From IMG/VR virus record IMGVR_UViG_3300032038_000033, positions 40,461 to 104,460 of that record: a DNA stretch of 64,000 nucleotides. One strand, given 5' to 3'. The notes under the pieces were generated by a model that saw only the letters and a list, made by a program, of their open reading frames with translations, made no database searches and had not been told where the DNA came from. This document shows, in pieces, positions 17,939 through 28,014 of the stretch; positions within the stretch are counted from its first letter, which is position 1; every line of letters begins with the position of its first letter. Source of the stretch: a virus. Taxonomy: Duplodnaviria; Caudoviricetes. A program made the position numbers and the translations under genes.

Positions 17939-19186
17939 ATGGTGGTTTATGTTTTAGATATTGAGGGTAAACCTTTAATGCCTACTACAAGATTTGGCAA
18001 AGTAAGAAGAATGTTGAAAAATAAAGAAGCTAAGGTAGTTAAAAGAGAACCTTTTACTATTCAACTTCTTTATAAATCAACTATTTATACACAGCCTATA
18101 AATCTTGGTGTTGATGCTGGTAGTAAGACTATTGGTATTTCTGCTACTACTTCTGATAAAGAATTATTTTGTGCAGAAGTAAAATTAAGAAATGATATAG
18201 TTAATTTAATTGTTACAAAAAGAGAAGCAAGAAGAAATAGACGTAATAGAAAAACAAGATATCGTAAGGCAAGATTTAATAATAGAATTAGTACGAAGAA
18301 AGAAGGTTGGTTAGCTCCTTCTATTCAAAATAAGATTAATTCACATCTTACGATAATTGACAAAATAACAAAAATATTGCCGATTACAAATATTATAGTT
18401 GAAGTAGCTTCATTTGATATTCAGAAAATTAAAAATTCTAACATTCAAAGTAAAGAATATCAAGAAGGTGAACAACTTAGTTTTTGGAATGTTCGGGAAT
18501 ATGTTTTGTTTCGTGATAAGCATATCTGTCAATGTTGTAAAGGTAAATCAAAAGATAAGATACTTAATGTTCATCATATTGAAAGTAGAAAAACTGGTGG
18601 AAATGCCCCAAACAATTTAATTACTTTATGCGAAACTTGTCATACTAATTATCATAAAGGAAAAATTAATTTACCTAAGAATATAAAGCGTGGTATAAGT
18701 TTTAAAGACGCTACTTTTATGGGAATTATGCGTTGGGCTTTCTATAATAAATTAAAAGAAATTTATACAAATATAAAAATGACTTTTGGCTATATTACTA
18801 AAAATATAAGAATTAATAATAATTTGCCAAAAGAACATTATATTGATGCAAGATGTATAAGCGGAAATCCATTAGCTAAATCATTAGGAATTTGTTATAA
18901 ATATAAAAAAGTTAGATGTCATAATAGACAAATACATAAATTTGTTCCTAACAAGAAAGGTATAAGACAAGCTAATCAAGCATCTTATAAAGTATTTGGT
19001 TTTAGACTTAATGATAAAGTTTTATATAAAGGTCAAGTTTGTTTTATTAATGGTAGAAGACAAAGTGGTTATTTTAGTTTAAGAGATATTGATAACAATA
19101 AGATTGGAAATGATAATGTTTCTCATAAAAAGTTAAAATTTTTAGAACACAAAAAATCTTTACTTTGTCAATCTATTGTAATTTAA
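17939..19186 (+). CDS. iscB: RNA-guided endonuclease IscB
   Basis: PLMP, RuvC-I GVDAG, Arg-rich bridge helix, RuvC-II VEVASFD, HNH (CQCC..VHHI..NLITLCETCH), RuvC-III HYIDA. Confidence 0.95.
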   Translation: MVVYVLDIEGKPLMPTTRFGKVRRMLKNKEAKVVKREPFTIQLLYKSTIYTQPINLGVDAGSKTIGISATTSDKELFCAEVKLRNDIVNLIVTKREARRNRRNRKTRYRKARFNNRISTKKEGWLAPSIQNKINSHLTIIDKITKILPITNIIVEVASFDIQKIKNSNIQSKEYQEGEQLSFWNVREYVLFRDKHICQCCKGKSKDKILNVHHIESRKTGGNAPNNLITLCETCHTNYHKGKINLPKNIKRGISFKDATFMGIMRWAFYNKLKEIYTNIKMTFGYITKNIRINNNLPKEHYIDARCISGNPLAKSLGICYKYKKVRCHNRQIHKFVPNKKGIRQANQASYKVFGFRLNDKVLYKGQVCFINGRRQSGYFSLRDIDNNKIGNDNVSHKKLKFLEHKKSLLCQSIVI

Positions 19187-19429
19187 TATTTGTTAAAATT
19201 TATATTAATTATATTAGAAGGTGAATAAAAATGTGTACAATGTAGCTTTATTTGAATTGCTTAAAGAAGATTATCTTAAAAATAAGAAGATTATCGTAAA
19301 AATCCCCGTTTGTAAATAAATTAGCATTTTTAAAATATTACTATAAAAATAATAGTTTAAAACCTATTGTACATAGATTATAAAATAGTAGTTGTGATAA
19401 CTACTAATATTACATTTAAAGATTTCAAT

Positions 19430-19476
19430 ATACAATATGTTGTGTGTTGAAATCTTAAAATTACTACATATATAGA
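19430..19476 (+). promoter_or_regulatory. tandem NrdR-box-like sites
   Basis: ATACAATATGTTGTGT (19430) and TTACTACATATATAGA (19461), 31 bp apart, just before the nrdD RBS. Confidence 0.65.
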
Positions 19477-19493
19477 AAGGTTGGTAATTTGTT

Positions 19494-21719
19494 ATGCCAC
19501 AAAATGTAATAAAAAGAGATAAAAGCATAGTTGAATTTGACAGAGGAAAGATAGAAAGTGCTATTTCAAAAGCATATAAAGAAGTTTATCCTCAAATCAA
19601 TATTAGCAACTATGCTGTTATTATTAGTAATGCTACAGATAAGATATATAAGGAAATTTTATGGATAGCAGGTAATAATGAAAATATAGATATAGAAATT
19701 ATACAGGATATAGTAGAAAGAGAATTAATGGAATTAGATAAGAGTGTCGCTAAGGAGTACATTACTTATCGTTACAAGCGTCAGATAATGAGAGATAGTA
19801 ATACCACTGATGAAGTAATTAAAGAATTGATGTGTGGAGAAAGTGATTATTGGAACCATGAAAATTCTAATAAAAATCCTATAAGAGCTACTGTGCAAAG
19901 AGATTATTTAGCCGGTATTACAAGTACAGATATGACAAAAAGATTCTTATTACCTAAAGATATTAAAGATGCTGATGAAGCTGGTATATTACATTTTCAC
20001 GACCAAGATTATTTTATTCAACATATAACAAATTGTTGCTTAATTAATCTTGACGATATGTTGCAGAACGGTACTGTTATTAACGGAGTTCTCATTGAAA
20101 AACCCCATAGCTTTATAGTTGCTGCCACAGTAGCTACTCAAATTATTACTGCTGTTACAAGTAGTCAATATGGTGGTACTACTATAACATTAACAGATTT
20201 AGCACCATTTGTAAGAATTAGTTATAATAAACATTATGAAAAGTTTAAGTCTTGGGGTCTTAGTGAAGAGGATTGTGTTAAGTTTGCTAAGAAAGACTTA
20301 AAGAAAGAAATTGCTGACGGCGTACAAACATTTAATTATCAAGTTAATTCAATGTCAACTACTAATGGTCAATCACCTTTCCTTAGTGTGTTTATGTATC
20401 TCAATGAAACTGACGAATATAAAGAAGAACTTGCTATGTTAATAGAGGAATTTTTAAGACAAAGAATAGTAGGTTTAAAGAATGAAGTCGGAGTTTATAT
20501 TACACAAGCATTTCCTAAATTATTATATGTTCTTGAAGAAGATAATATGTATGAAGGAAGTAAATATTATTATTTAACAAAACTTGCAGCTGAGTGTACT
20601 GCAAAAAGAATGGTTCCAGACTACATTTCTGAAAAGGTAATGTTAAGAGATAAAGGAGATGTTTACCCCTGTATGGGCTGTCGAAGTTTTGCTACACCCG
20701 ATAGATTTACTGATAATGGTATCGGTAATATAGCAAATGCTAAAAATTATGTAGAGGGTAAGCATAGATATTACGGTAGATTTAATCAAGGTGTTGTTAC
20801 TTTAAATCTTGTAGATTTAGCATTATCTTCTAATAGAAATATGGAATTGTTTTGGAATTTATTTAATGAAAGAATGGATTTATGTCATAAGGCATTAAGA
20901 ATTAGACACGAAAGATTAAAAGGTACTTTATCAGATGTAGCACCTATTATGTGGCAACACGGAGCTTTAGCACGATTAGCTAAAGGTGAAACCATAGATA
21001 AATTATTATATAATGGATATTCTACCATCTCATTAGGTTATGCTGGATTGTATGAATGTGTTAAGTTTATGACTGGAGAAAGTCATTCTGAGCCAAATGG
21101 TATGAAATTTGGTCTTGAACTTATGGAAGCATTAAATAATAAGTGTAAGAAATGGAAAGAAGAAGAAAATATAGATTATTCTATCTACGGTACACCTATA
21201 GAATCAGCAACATATAAATTTGCTCAAAAACTTCAAAAGAGATTTGGCAGGGTAGAAGGTATTACTGATAGAAATTATATTACAAATAGTTATCATATTC
21301 CTGTGTTTGAAGAAATAAATCCTTACGAAAAACTTGCTATCGAAAGTAAATTCCAAAAGTTAAGTCCTGGTGGCGCTATATCATATATTGAATGTTGTGA
21401 TATGACACATAATATAGAAGGTGTTATAGATGTACTTAAATTTATTTATGATAATATAATGTATGCAGAACTTAACACAAAGAGCGATTATTGTCAAGTA
21501 TGTGGTTATGACGGTGAAATTAAGATTATTGATGAAGATAATCATTTAGATTGGGAATGTCCTAATTGTGGTAATAGGGACCATAGTAAAATGAATGTAA
21601 GTAGAAGAACGTGTGGATATATAGGAACTAATTTTTGGAATCAAGGTAGAACAGAAGAAATAGCAAATAGATATGTTCACTTAGATAATCATAAATACCA
21701 AGAAAAAGAGGTATGTTAA
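19494..21719 (+). CDS. nrdD: anaerobic (class III) ribonucleoside-triphosphate reductase
   Basis: ATP cone (VIKRD), TNCCL, MGCRS, CxxC..CxxC Zn site, RTCGYIG glycyl-radical loop. Confidence 0.97.
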   Translation: MPQNVIKRDKSIVEFDRGKIESAISKAYKEVYPQINISNYAVIISNATDKIYKEILWIAGNNENIDIEIIQDIVERELMELDKSVAKEYITYRYKRQIMRDSNTTDEVIKELMCGESDYWNHENSNKNPIRATVQRDYLAGITSTDMTKRFLLPKDIKDADEAGILHFHDQDYFIQHITNCCLINLDDMLQNGTVINGVLIEKPHSFIVAATVATQIITAVTSSQYGGTTITLTDLAPFVRISYNKHYEKFKSWGLSEEDCVKFAKKDLKKEIADGVQTFNYQVNSMSTTNGQSPFLSVFMYLNETDEYKEELAMLIEEFLRQRIVGLKNEVGVYITQAFPKLLYVLEEDNMYEGSKYYYLTKLAAECTAKRMVPDYISEKVMLRDKGDVYPCMGCRSFATPDRFTDNGIGNIANAKNYVEGKHRYYGRFNQGVVTLNLVDLALSSNRNMELFWNLFNERMDLCHKALRIRHERLKGTLSDVAPIMWQHGALARLAKGETIDKLLYNGYSTISLGYAGLYECVKFMTGESHSEPNGMKFGLELMEALNNKCKKWKEEENIDYSIYGTPIESATYKFAQKLQKRFGRVEGITDRNYITNSYHIPVFEEINPYEKLAIESKFQKLSPGGAISYIECCDMTHNIEGVIDVLKFIYDNIMYAELNTKSDYCQVCGYDGEIKIIDEDNHLDWECPNCGNRDHSKMNVSRRTCGYIGTNFWNQGRTEEIANRYVHLDNHKYQEKEVC

Positions 21720-22231
21720 TTATGAGATATGCTTCCATTAATAGTTTAGATATATCGAACGGTGAAGGTACTGGTGTAGCCCTGTTTACTCAGGGCTGCC
21801 TTAAGCATTGTAAAAATTGTTTTAATCCTGATACTTGGGATATAAATGGAGGTAAGGAATTTACGTCCGAAATACAAAAACAATTTTTAGAGTTAGTTGA
21901 TAAGTCCTATATATCAAGAGTAACATTTTTAGGTGGAGAACCCCTACTTGGAGAAAGTGCTTTTGGAGTTTCTAATTTAAGTGAGATTATTCATAATAAA
22001 TATCCTAATAAAAAACAATGGCTATATACAGGTTATACTTGGGAAGAATTACAAGAATTGAATTTATTGTCTTATATAAAATATATTGATATTGTAGTCG
22101 AAGGACCTTATATGGATGACCTTAAAGACTATGCTCTTAAATTTAGGGGTAGTAAAAATCAAAGAATTGTAGATGTTCAAAAATCTCTAACTACAAATTC
22201 CCTTGTCTTGTGGAAAGAAGGTAACTACTAA
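21713..22231 (+). CDS. nrdG: NrdD activating radical SAM enzyme
   Basis: GCLKHCKNCFN, LGGEP, FRGSKNQR. Confidence 0.96.
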   Translation: MLIMRYASINSLDISNGEGTGVALFTQGCLKHCKNCFNPDTWDINGGKEFTSEIQKQFLELVDKSYISRVTFLGGEPLLGESAFGVSNLSEIIHNKYPNKKQWLYTGYTWEELQELNLLSYIKYIDIVVEGPYMDDLKDYALKFRGSKNQRIVDVQKSLTTNSLVLWKEGNY

Positions 22232-23409
22232 TGAATAATAAATGGATAAGAGGTGCGTTACCTGCCGTACTAATTCATATAAGTATAGGCTCAGTTTATG
22301 CCTGGTCTTTATTTGTAAAACCTATATCAGATTATATAGGTCAAAGTCAAGCTAAAGTGCAGTTTGCATTTTCTTTGGCGATATTCTTTTTAGGTATGTC
22401 AGCAGCGTTTGGTGGCAAAATAGTTGAAAAGAATATACATAAATCATCTTTAATAAGTTGTTTATGTTTTTGTAGTGGACTTATATTAACATCATTTGCA
22501 ATAAGATATAAACAATTACCACTAATATATTTAGGTTATGGTTGTTTAATGGGTGTTGGACTGGGTACAGGATATATAACACCAGTTAAAACACTTATGT
22601 TATGGTTTAAGGAAAATAAAGGTTTAGCTACTGGTATTTCTGTATGTGCTTTCGGTTTTGCGAGTAGTGTAGCAAGCCCAATAATTACTTATCTAACTAA
22701 TAAAACGACTTTACCTAATACTTTTATTGTGTTAAGTTGTATTTATTTTGTACCTATGATGATAGCACATTTTATAATTAAGAAGCCTGATGGCTGGGTA
22801 GAAGTTGCTAATAAAGATGACACATTTAAAGTATCTTCAATGTGGAAACAAAAAGAATTTGTATTTATATGGATAATAATATTTATTAATATTACTTGCG
22901 GATTAGCATTAATATCAACAGCAAGTCCTATAATGGTAGAGCATAACATAAACACTAAAACAATAGCTATTATAGTTAGTATTATGGGTATATTTAATGG
23001 GTGTGGTAGATTAGTATTTTCCGCATTTTCCGATAAGCTAAAACAGAGAATAACAATATATAAAATAATCTTAATGTTATCTATTAGTACATCTATAATA
23101 ACAAGATTATATACTAATACAATTACGATAGCTATTTCATTGGCTGTTATTTCTGCTTGCTATGGTGCTGGATTTAGTTGTTTGCCGACATTATTATCCG
23201 ATATATATGATATGAAACATATATCTCAAATACACGGATTGTCTTTAACAGCTTGGGCGATAGCCGGCTTAGTAGGAAATCAAATAAGTAGTATAACAAA
23301 AAGTGTTACAGGCTCTTATAATAATGTTTATTTTATTATATGTGGAATGTATAGTTTTGCTTTAATCTTTACATTCTTGATTAAAACTAATGAATTGAAA
23401 AAAGTTTGA
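22231..23409 (+). CDS. OFA (oxalate/formate antiporter-type) family MFS transporter
   Basis: About 12 TM helices; IGSVYAWS, GYITPVKTLMLWF..KGLATG, FNGCGRL, CYGAGFS and HGLSLTAWAIAG motifs. Confidence 0.88.
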   Translation: MNNKWIRGALPAVLIHISIGSVYAWSLFVKPISDYIGQSQAKVQFAFSLAIFFLGMSAAFGGKIVEKNIHKSSLISCLCFCSGLILTSFAIRYKQLPLIYLGYGCLMGVGLGTGYITPVKTLMLWFKENKGLATGISVCAFGFASSVASPIITYLTNKTTLPNTFIVLSCIYFVPMMIAHFIIKKPDGWVEVANKDDTFKVSSMWKQKEFVFIWIIIFINITCGLALISTASPIMVEHNINTKTIAIIVSIMGIFNGCGRLVFSAFSDKLKQRITIYKIILMLSISTSIITRLYTNTITIAISLAVISACYGAGFSCLPTLLSDIYDMKHISQIHGLSLTAWAIAGLVGNQISSITKSVTGSYNNVYFIICGMYSFALIFTFLIKTNELKKV

Positions 23410-23777
23410 TATAAATAAAACATAAACATTGTGGCATAAAAATACTACAATGTTTATGTTTTATTAACATTTAATTTATTTTAAAAACATAATTATGTGT
23501 TATAATTTTAGTACAGTTAAGTGGAGGTTTAAAAAACATTGGATAATTATTTCATCACATACACTAATAAAGACGAGTTTAATAAAATTATGAACTATGC
23601 TTCTTCCATAAGTGCTAAACTACCTAATGGACATTATATATCTAAATATGGTAAGAAAGCATTATTTATAGAAGGAACTGCCTATATTATATTCGAGAAA
23701 AAGAAAGATACATACTACATAAATAATGTCATAGAAGTTGATAAGAATACATTTACAGAAAAGAGTTTAGATGAACT

Positions 23778-24401
23778 ATGAAGAAAAAGATATTGATTGT
23801 TGGACGCACAGGCTCAGGTAAAGACTATTTAGCTAATAGACTTTGTGATAGAGGTTTTACACAGGTAAAATCCTATACAACCAGACCTAAAAGAACTGAA
23901 AATGAAGATACACATATATTTATCACAAAAGATGATGCTAAAAAATATAAAGATAGAGTTGCCGAAACAGTTATTGATGATGTAGAATATTTTGCTACAA
24001 GAGAACAATTAAAAAATAATGATATTTATGTAATTGACCCTAATGGTTTATATACATTATTAAATAAGGTAACTAAAGAAAAGTTTGTAATTATATATGT
24101 TTCAGCTCTTACTCAATTAAGAATAGATAAAGCTATTGAACGTGTTAAAAAGGTTTTAACTTATGATGAGGCCATATATAAAATAACATTAAGAGATAAA
24201 GCAGAGAATGCACAATTTAAACAATTTGAATATTATATGTCTAAGCACACATTCATAAAAGACAATGGTTTATTGACTGGATATCTTGATTTAACTAAAT
24301 TTAAAGATTATAAATTCTATATTTATCCTAATAACTATCATAAAGATTACTGTGAACATTGGATAGATTCTTTTCTTATTGATTTAGGTTTATCTGAATA
24401 A
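23778..24401 (+). CDS. guanylate kinase-like P-loop protein
   Basis: GRTGSGKD, SYTTRPKR, HIFI, VIDPNG. Confidence 0.85.
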   Translation: MKKKILIVGRTGSGKDYLANRLCDRGFTQVKSYTTRPKRTENEDTHIFITKDDAKKYKDRVAETVIDDVEYFATREQLKNNDIYVIDPNGLYTLLNKVTKEKFVIIYVSALTQLRIDKAIERVKKVLTYDEAIYKITLRDKAENAQFKQFEYYMSKHTFIKDNGLLTGYLDLTKFKDYKFYIYPNNYHKDYCEHWIDSFLIDLGLSE

Positions 24402-24455
24402 TAAAGAACAAAGAATAAAGTTCACATCTTATATAAATGGAGGTGTAAAATTTAT

Positions 24456-24788
24456 ATGTTATGTTATGATTCATTAAAAAATGAATTTTTTAATACGGAT
24501 AATATTAATTATATTAATGATATACATATATGTGAAGTCACAAAAGGTGTAGATGTTAATACTGTTATAGAGAAATGGTATTTCCCCTCATTATTAGATA
24601 ATAATGAAGTAATATATAAAAGAGATATAGCTACCTTATTTGAAAGCAATGATAGAATAACTAAACTTAGAGAATTTTATTTTGATGTTAATTTTAAGAA
24701 AATAGATTTACCTAAAACTATAAGAGGTATTATACTTCCGCCGAAACAATTTATAATGTTCCAAAGCTCATCTAAGTTCATCAAATAA
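24456..24788 (+). CDS. hypothetical protein
   Basis: GGAGGTG RBS. Confidence 0.55.
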   Translation: MLCYDSLKNEFFNTDNINYINDIHICEVTKGVDVNTVIEKWYFPSLLDNNEVIYKRDIATLFESNDRITKLREFYFDVNFKKIDLPKTIRGIILPPKQFIMFQSSSKFIK

Positions 24789-24894
24789 AAATTAACAATT
24801 GTTTTACTAAAATATAATATTATTTTAAAACTTCTTTGTTATAATTATAGTGATAAGGAAGTTTTATTTTTTTTTAATAAGGAGTTGAATAATT

Positions 24895-25317
24895 ATGGCA
24901 AAAGCTAAGATTAGAAAAGTAGTTACTGATGAAAAAGTTTCAGTTTCTAAAGAAACTTTATTTAAAGTAATTGATGATAAGGCAGATTTAATAGCCTGTT
25001 TTACAATATTTGTTACTTTACACAATATAATAAAGGAAAGTAAATCCGATTATCCTTATGGAGTTAAGTTCTGTGTAGATGAGGGCATAAATTTAGTTAG
25101 AAAACATTATCCCGATAGTTGTTGGAAAGACGAGAAAAATTTGGTAACAGACGAAGTAACTAAAATTCAGTCGGATGTTACTAAAATTAATAGTTCACAA
25201 TTAAATTGCCCTTGTTATAGTTGCTCTGATTGGAACGAGACTTATCAAAGATGTAAAAATATACAAAAAGATTGCATTACTTATTGTAATTGGTACTCAA
25301 ATACATTTAAGAATTGA
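24895..25317 (+). CDS. hypothetical protein with Cys-rich C-terminus
   Basis: Behind N31-class promoter 24792-24845. Confidence 0.6.
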   Translation: MAKAKIRKVVTDEKVSVSKETLFKVIDDKADLIACFTIFVTLHNIIKESKSDYPYGVKFCVDEGINLVRKHYPDSCWKDEKNLVTDEVTKIQSDVTKINSSQLNCPCYSCSDWNETYQRCKNIQKDCITYCNWYSNTFKN

Positions 25318-25330
25318 AAGGAATACGAAT

Positions 25331-26107
25331 ATGAAAGTAGAATTAATATCATATACACCTAACCCTGAAAAAGTAGTAGCGACTGCTGCCAAATTATGTT
25401 ATTCCAGTAGTAATATAGAAAATCTACAAGAAAATTTAACTGATGATATTATTAGTAATTTTGTAGAAAAGTTAGCTTCTATACATCACGAAAGTCCATT
25501 TGAACATATTAGTTTTACATTTGGCATTGAAGGTGTTAGTCGTAGTTTAACACATCAGTTAGTTCGACATAGGATTGCAAGTTATTCTCAGAAGTCGCAG
25601 AGATATGTGAGTGAAGATAATTTTGAATATATAGTACCAAAGGCAATTCAAAATAGTAGTTTTTGTACTGATATATTTAATGATACTATGAAATGTATTA
25701 ATAGTGCTTATAAAGATATAAAGGATTGTTTAGAAAAGAAATTTATTGAACAACTTATAAAAGAAGGCTTAAATGAAAAGACTGCCAAACAGAAAGCAAG
25801 TAAATTGGCAGCCGAAAATGCAAGAGCTGTACTCCCCAATGCTTGTGAGACTAAAATAATAGTAACTATGAACGCTCGTTCCTTGTTTAATTTCTTTGCT
25901 CATAGATGTTGTAATCGAGCACAAGATGAAATAAGAGAACTTGCTACTGAAATGTATAAACTTGTATATGCTATTGCACCTAATATATTTAAACATAGTG
26001 GACCTAATTGTGTTGCGACTGGTAAATGTCCAGAGGGTAATATGTGTTGTGGCAAAATGATACAAATGAAAGAAAAGTTTAATGAAATAAAGGCAGATAA
26101 GATATGA
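25331..26107 (+). CDS. thyX: flavin-dependent thymidylate synthase
   Basis: HESPFEH, RSLTHQLVRHRIASYSQKSQRY, ARAVLP, AQDEIR. Confidence 0.97.
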   Translation: MKVELISYTPNPEKVVATAAKLCYSSSNIENLQENLTDDIISNFVEKLASIHHESPFEHISFTFGIEGVSRSLTHQLVRHRIASYSQKSQRYVSEDNFEYIVPKAIQNSSFCTDIFNDTMKCINSAYKDIKDCLEKKFIEQLIKEGLNEKTAKQKASKLAAENARAVLPNACETKIIVTMNARSLFNFFAHRCCNRAQDEIRELATEMYKLVYAIAPNIFKHSGPNCVATGKCPEGNMCCGKMIQMKEKFNEIKADKI

Positions 26108-26461
26108 ACAGACAACTATGTACTGAGTTTCTAAGTAAACTTTTAGTAAAAGAAAAACTTAGTGGAATGGGTAATTATTATGCAAAAGAAGTGACTTTTG
26201 ATTACGGTACAGACCATTCTATCAGAGTTGATTATATACAGTTTAAACCCTTGAATCAACTATGTATTGACGGTATAGAAAAAGGTGAATTTATCTGCTA
26301 TGAAATCAAGTCTTGTATAGAAGATTTTAATAAACTAAATCTGTAATATACTAATATAAAACATTAAATATTTCTTACTAAATATAACTAATTATTAATA
26401 TTATTATACTTATTAAAAATTTAATATTTACAGATTACAGTAAATATGTTATAATGTAGTC

Positions 26462-26578
26462 AACAAAGGGTAGCAGCTTTGAAAATGAATAAGTTATTAA
26501 ATAATACTTAGGTATTGTTTATATATAAAAACTACTTGTAATTGACTGCTACCTTTTACAAGTAGTTTTTTTTTTTAT
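26462..26578 (+). ncRNA. leader RNA / attenuator-like structure upstream of tnpB
   Basis: 15-bp terminator stem whose loop (CTGCTACC) is complementary to the 5' GGTAGCAG. Confidence 0.5.
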
Positions 26579-26607
26579 TTTAGTTAATTTAGTAAGGAGT
26601 TATCAGT

Positions 26608-28014
26608 ATGAAACATAAGAATACTAATGAAATTACATTAAAAATAAAATATCATACTGATAATTCTGATAGAATTTGTGACTATATAAAGAATTATAAT
26701 AATGTTCTTAGATTTGTTTATAATAGGCTTTATGATAATATTAATCACGAATTATCTACTAAAGATTTATTGTCTGATATTAGAACAATAAATAATATTT
26801 TTGTAGATACTTATTTTAAAAATGGAGCTATCTATGAAGCTCGTTCTATGTTTTCTGATAGTAAAGAACAAGAACATAAAGTTATTTTTGGTGGTAAGAA
26901 ATTGTTTATACAGAGGTGTCAAAATAAAATAAGTAAAGAAGAATTTAATATAAAAAGACTTCACCCTTTACAAATTGTCGGAGCATCATATAATAATGGG
27001 AATTGTAAATTTCAGATTATAAATGAAAATACTATATTATTTAAACCTTGTAGAAATGAACATTTTATATTACATCTTAGTAGTGTAGGCAAAAATTATA
27101 CTAAATATTTAACCAAATTAATTCAAGCTCAGAATAATTGTGATATTGCAATTACATATAAACTTGGCTTAGAATATGTTTATATATCGTTTGATTTAAA
27201 TAAACTAAATAAACCTAAAGAAACAAACTGTATTGATAATCGTATATTTGCTATTGACCTTAATCCTAATTATATAGGTTATAGTGTTATAGATTGGAAA
27301 AATTCTGATAATTTTAATATAGTTAATTCTGGTGTAATATCAAATAAGCCGCTTACAGATTATGATAAATCGGTTATAAGAAGTAGTGATAGTCCAGAAC
27401 ATCATTATATTACTAATAAAAGAAATTATGAAGTTACTAAAATAGCTCACGATTTAGTAAAGTTAGCTAAACATTATCAATGTCAAATTTTTGCCATTGA
27501 AGATTTAAAAATAGAATCTAAAGATAACAAGAAAGGCAATAGATATAATCGGTTAGTAAATAATCAATGGAATAGAAATTTATTAATAAATATTATTACT
27601 AAAGATTGTTTACAAAATTCAATAAGATTACAAAAAGTGGTTGCAAATTTTACTTCTTTTGTCGGCAATTTAGTTTATAGAAGTTTACAATTACCTGATA
27701 TGATTTTAGCTTCTATTGAAATTTCCAGAAGAGCCTATGAATTTTATCATCAATATATTATTAAAGATAAACCTATAACAAAGAATATAGTTTTTAATAG
27801 TTCTGAGTTAGCTAAAATTAGTATTGAAAAGTCATTGGAAGAATTTGGATATACTAAGACTTGTGATTCTATTAAAGATTTATATAATAAATTAAAGAAA
27901 ACGAGATGTAATTATCGTTTTCCTTTGGAACAGTCTTTATTATTAAGACCTAAACAAAGTCTTTTTAGCAAAAACTATATAAAACGAATGATAATTTATT
28001 ATGAATTTAAATAG
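26608..28014 (+). CDS. tnpB: TnpB/Cas12f-related RuvC protein
   Basis: RuvC-I AIDLNP, RuvC-II AIEDL, TSFVG, RuvC-III LPDMILASIEISRRA; no C4 Zn finger. Confidence 0.8.
   Translation: MKHKNTNEITLKIKYHTDNSDRICDYIKNYNNVLRFVYNRLYDNINHELSTKDLLSDIRTINNIFVDTYFKNGAIYEARSMFSDSKEQEHKVIFGGKKLFIQRCQNKISKEEFNIKRLHPLQIVGASYNNGNCKFQIINENTILFKPCRNEHFILHLSSVGKNYTKYLTKLIQAQNNCDIAITYKLGLEYVYISFDLNKLNKPKETNCIDNRIFAIDLNPNYIGYSVIDWKNSDNFNIVNSGVISNKPLTDYDKSVIRSSDSPEHHYITNKRNYEVTKIAHDLVKLAKHYQCQIFAIEDLKIESKDNKKGNRYNRLVNNQWNRNLLINIITKDCLQNSIRLQKVVANFTSFVGNLVYRSLQLPDMILASIEISRRAYEFYHQYIIKDKPITKNIVFNSSELAKISIEKSLEEFGYTKTCDSIKDLYNKLKKTRCNYRFPLEQSLLLRPKQSLFSKNYIKRMIIYYEFK

Larger units (their letters stand above)
17665..19241 (+). 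mobile_element. non-autonomous IscB element (omegaRNA + iscB)
   Basis: Boundaries from reconstitution of the interrupted GNAT gene; AT at both junctions. Confidence 0.8.
17215..19319 (+). pseudogene. GNAT-like acetyltransferase split by IscB element
   Basis: 150 codons (17215-17664, ...DGKIYD) join in frame to 19242-19319 (VALFELLKEDY...); intact paralog at 59333. Confidence 0.8.
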
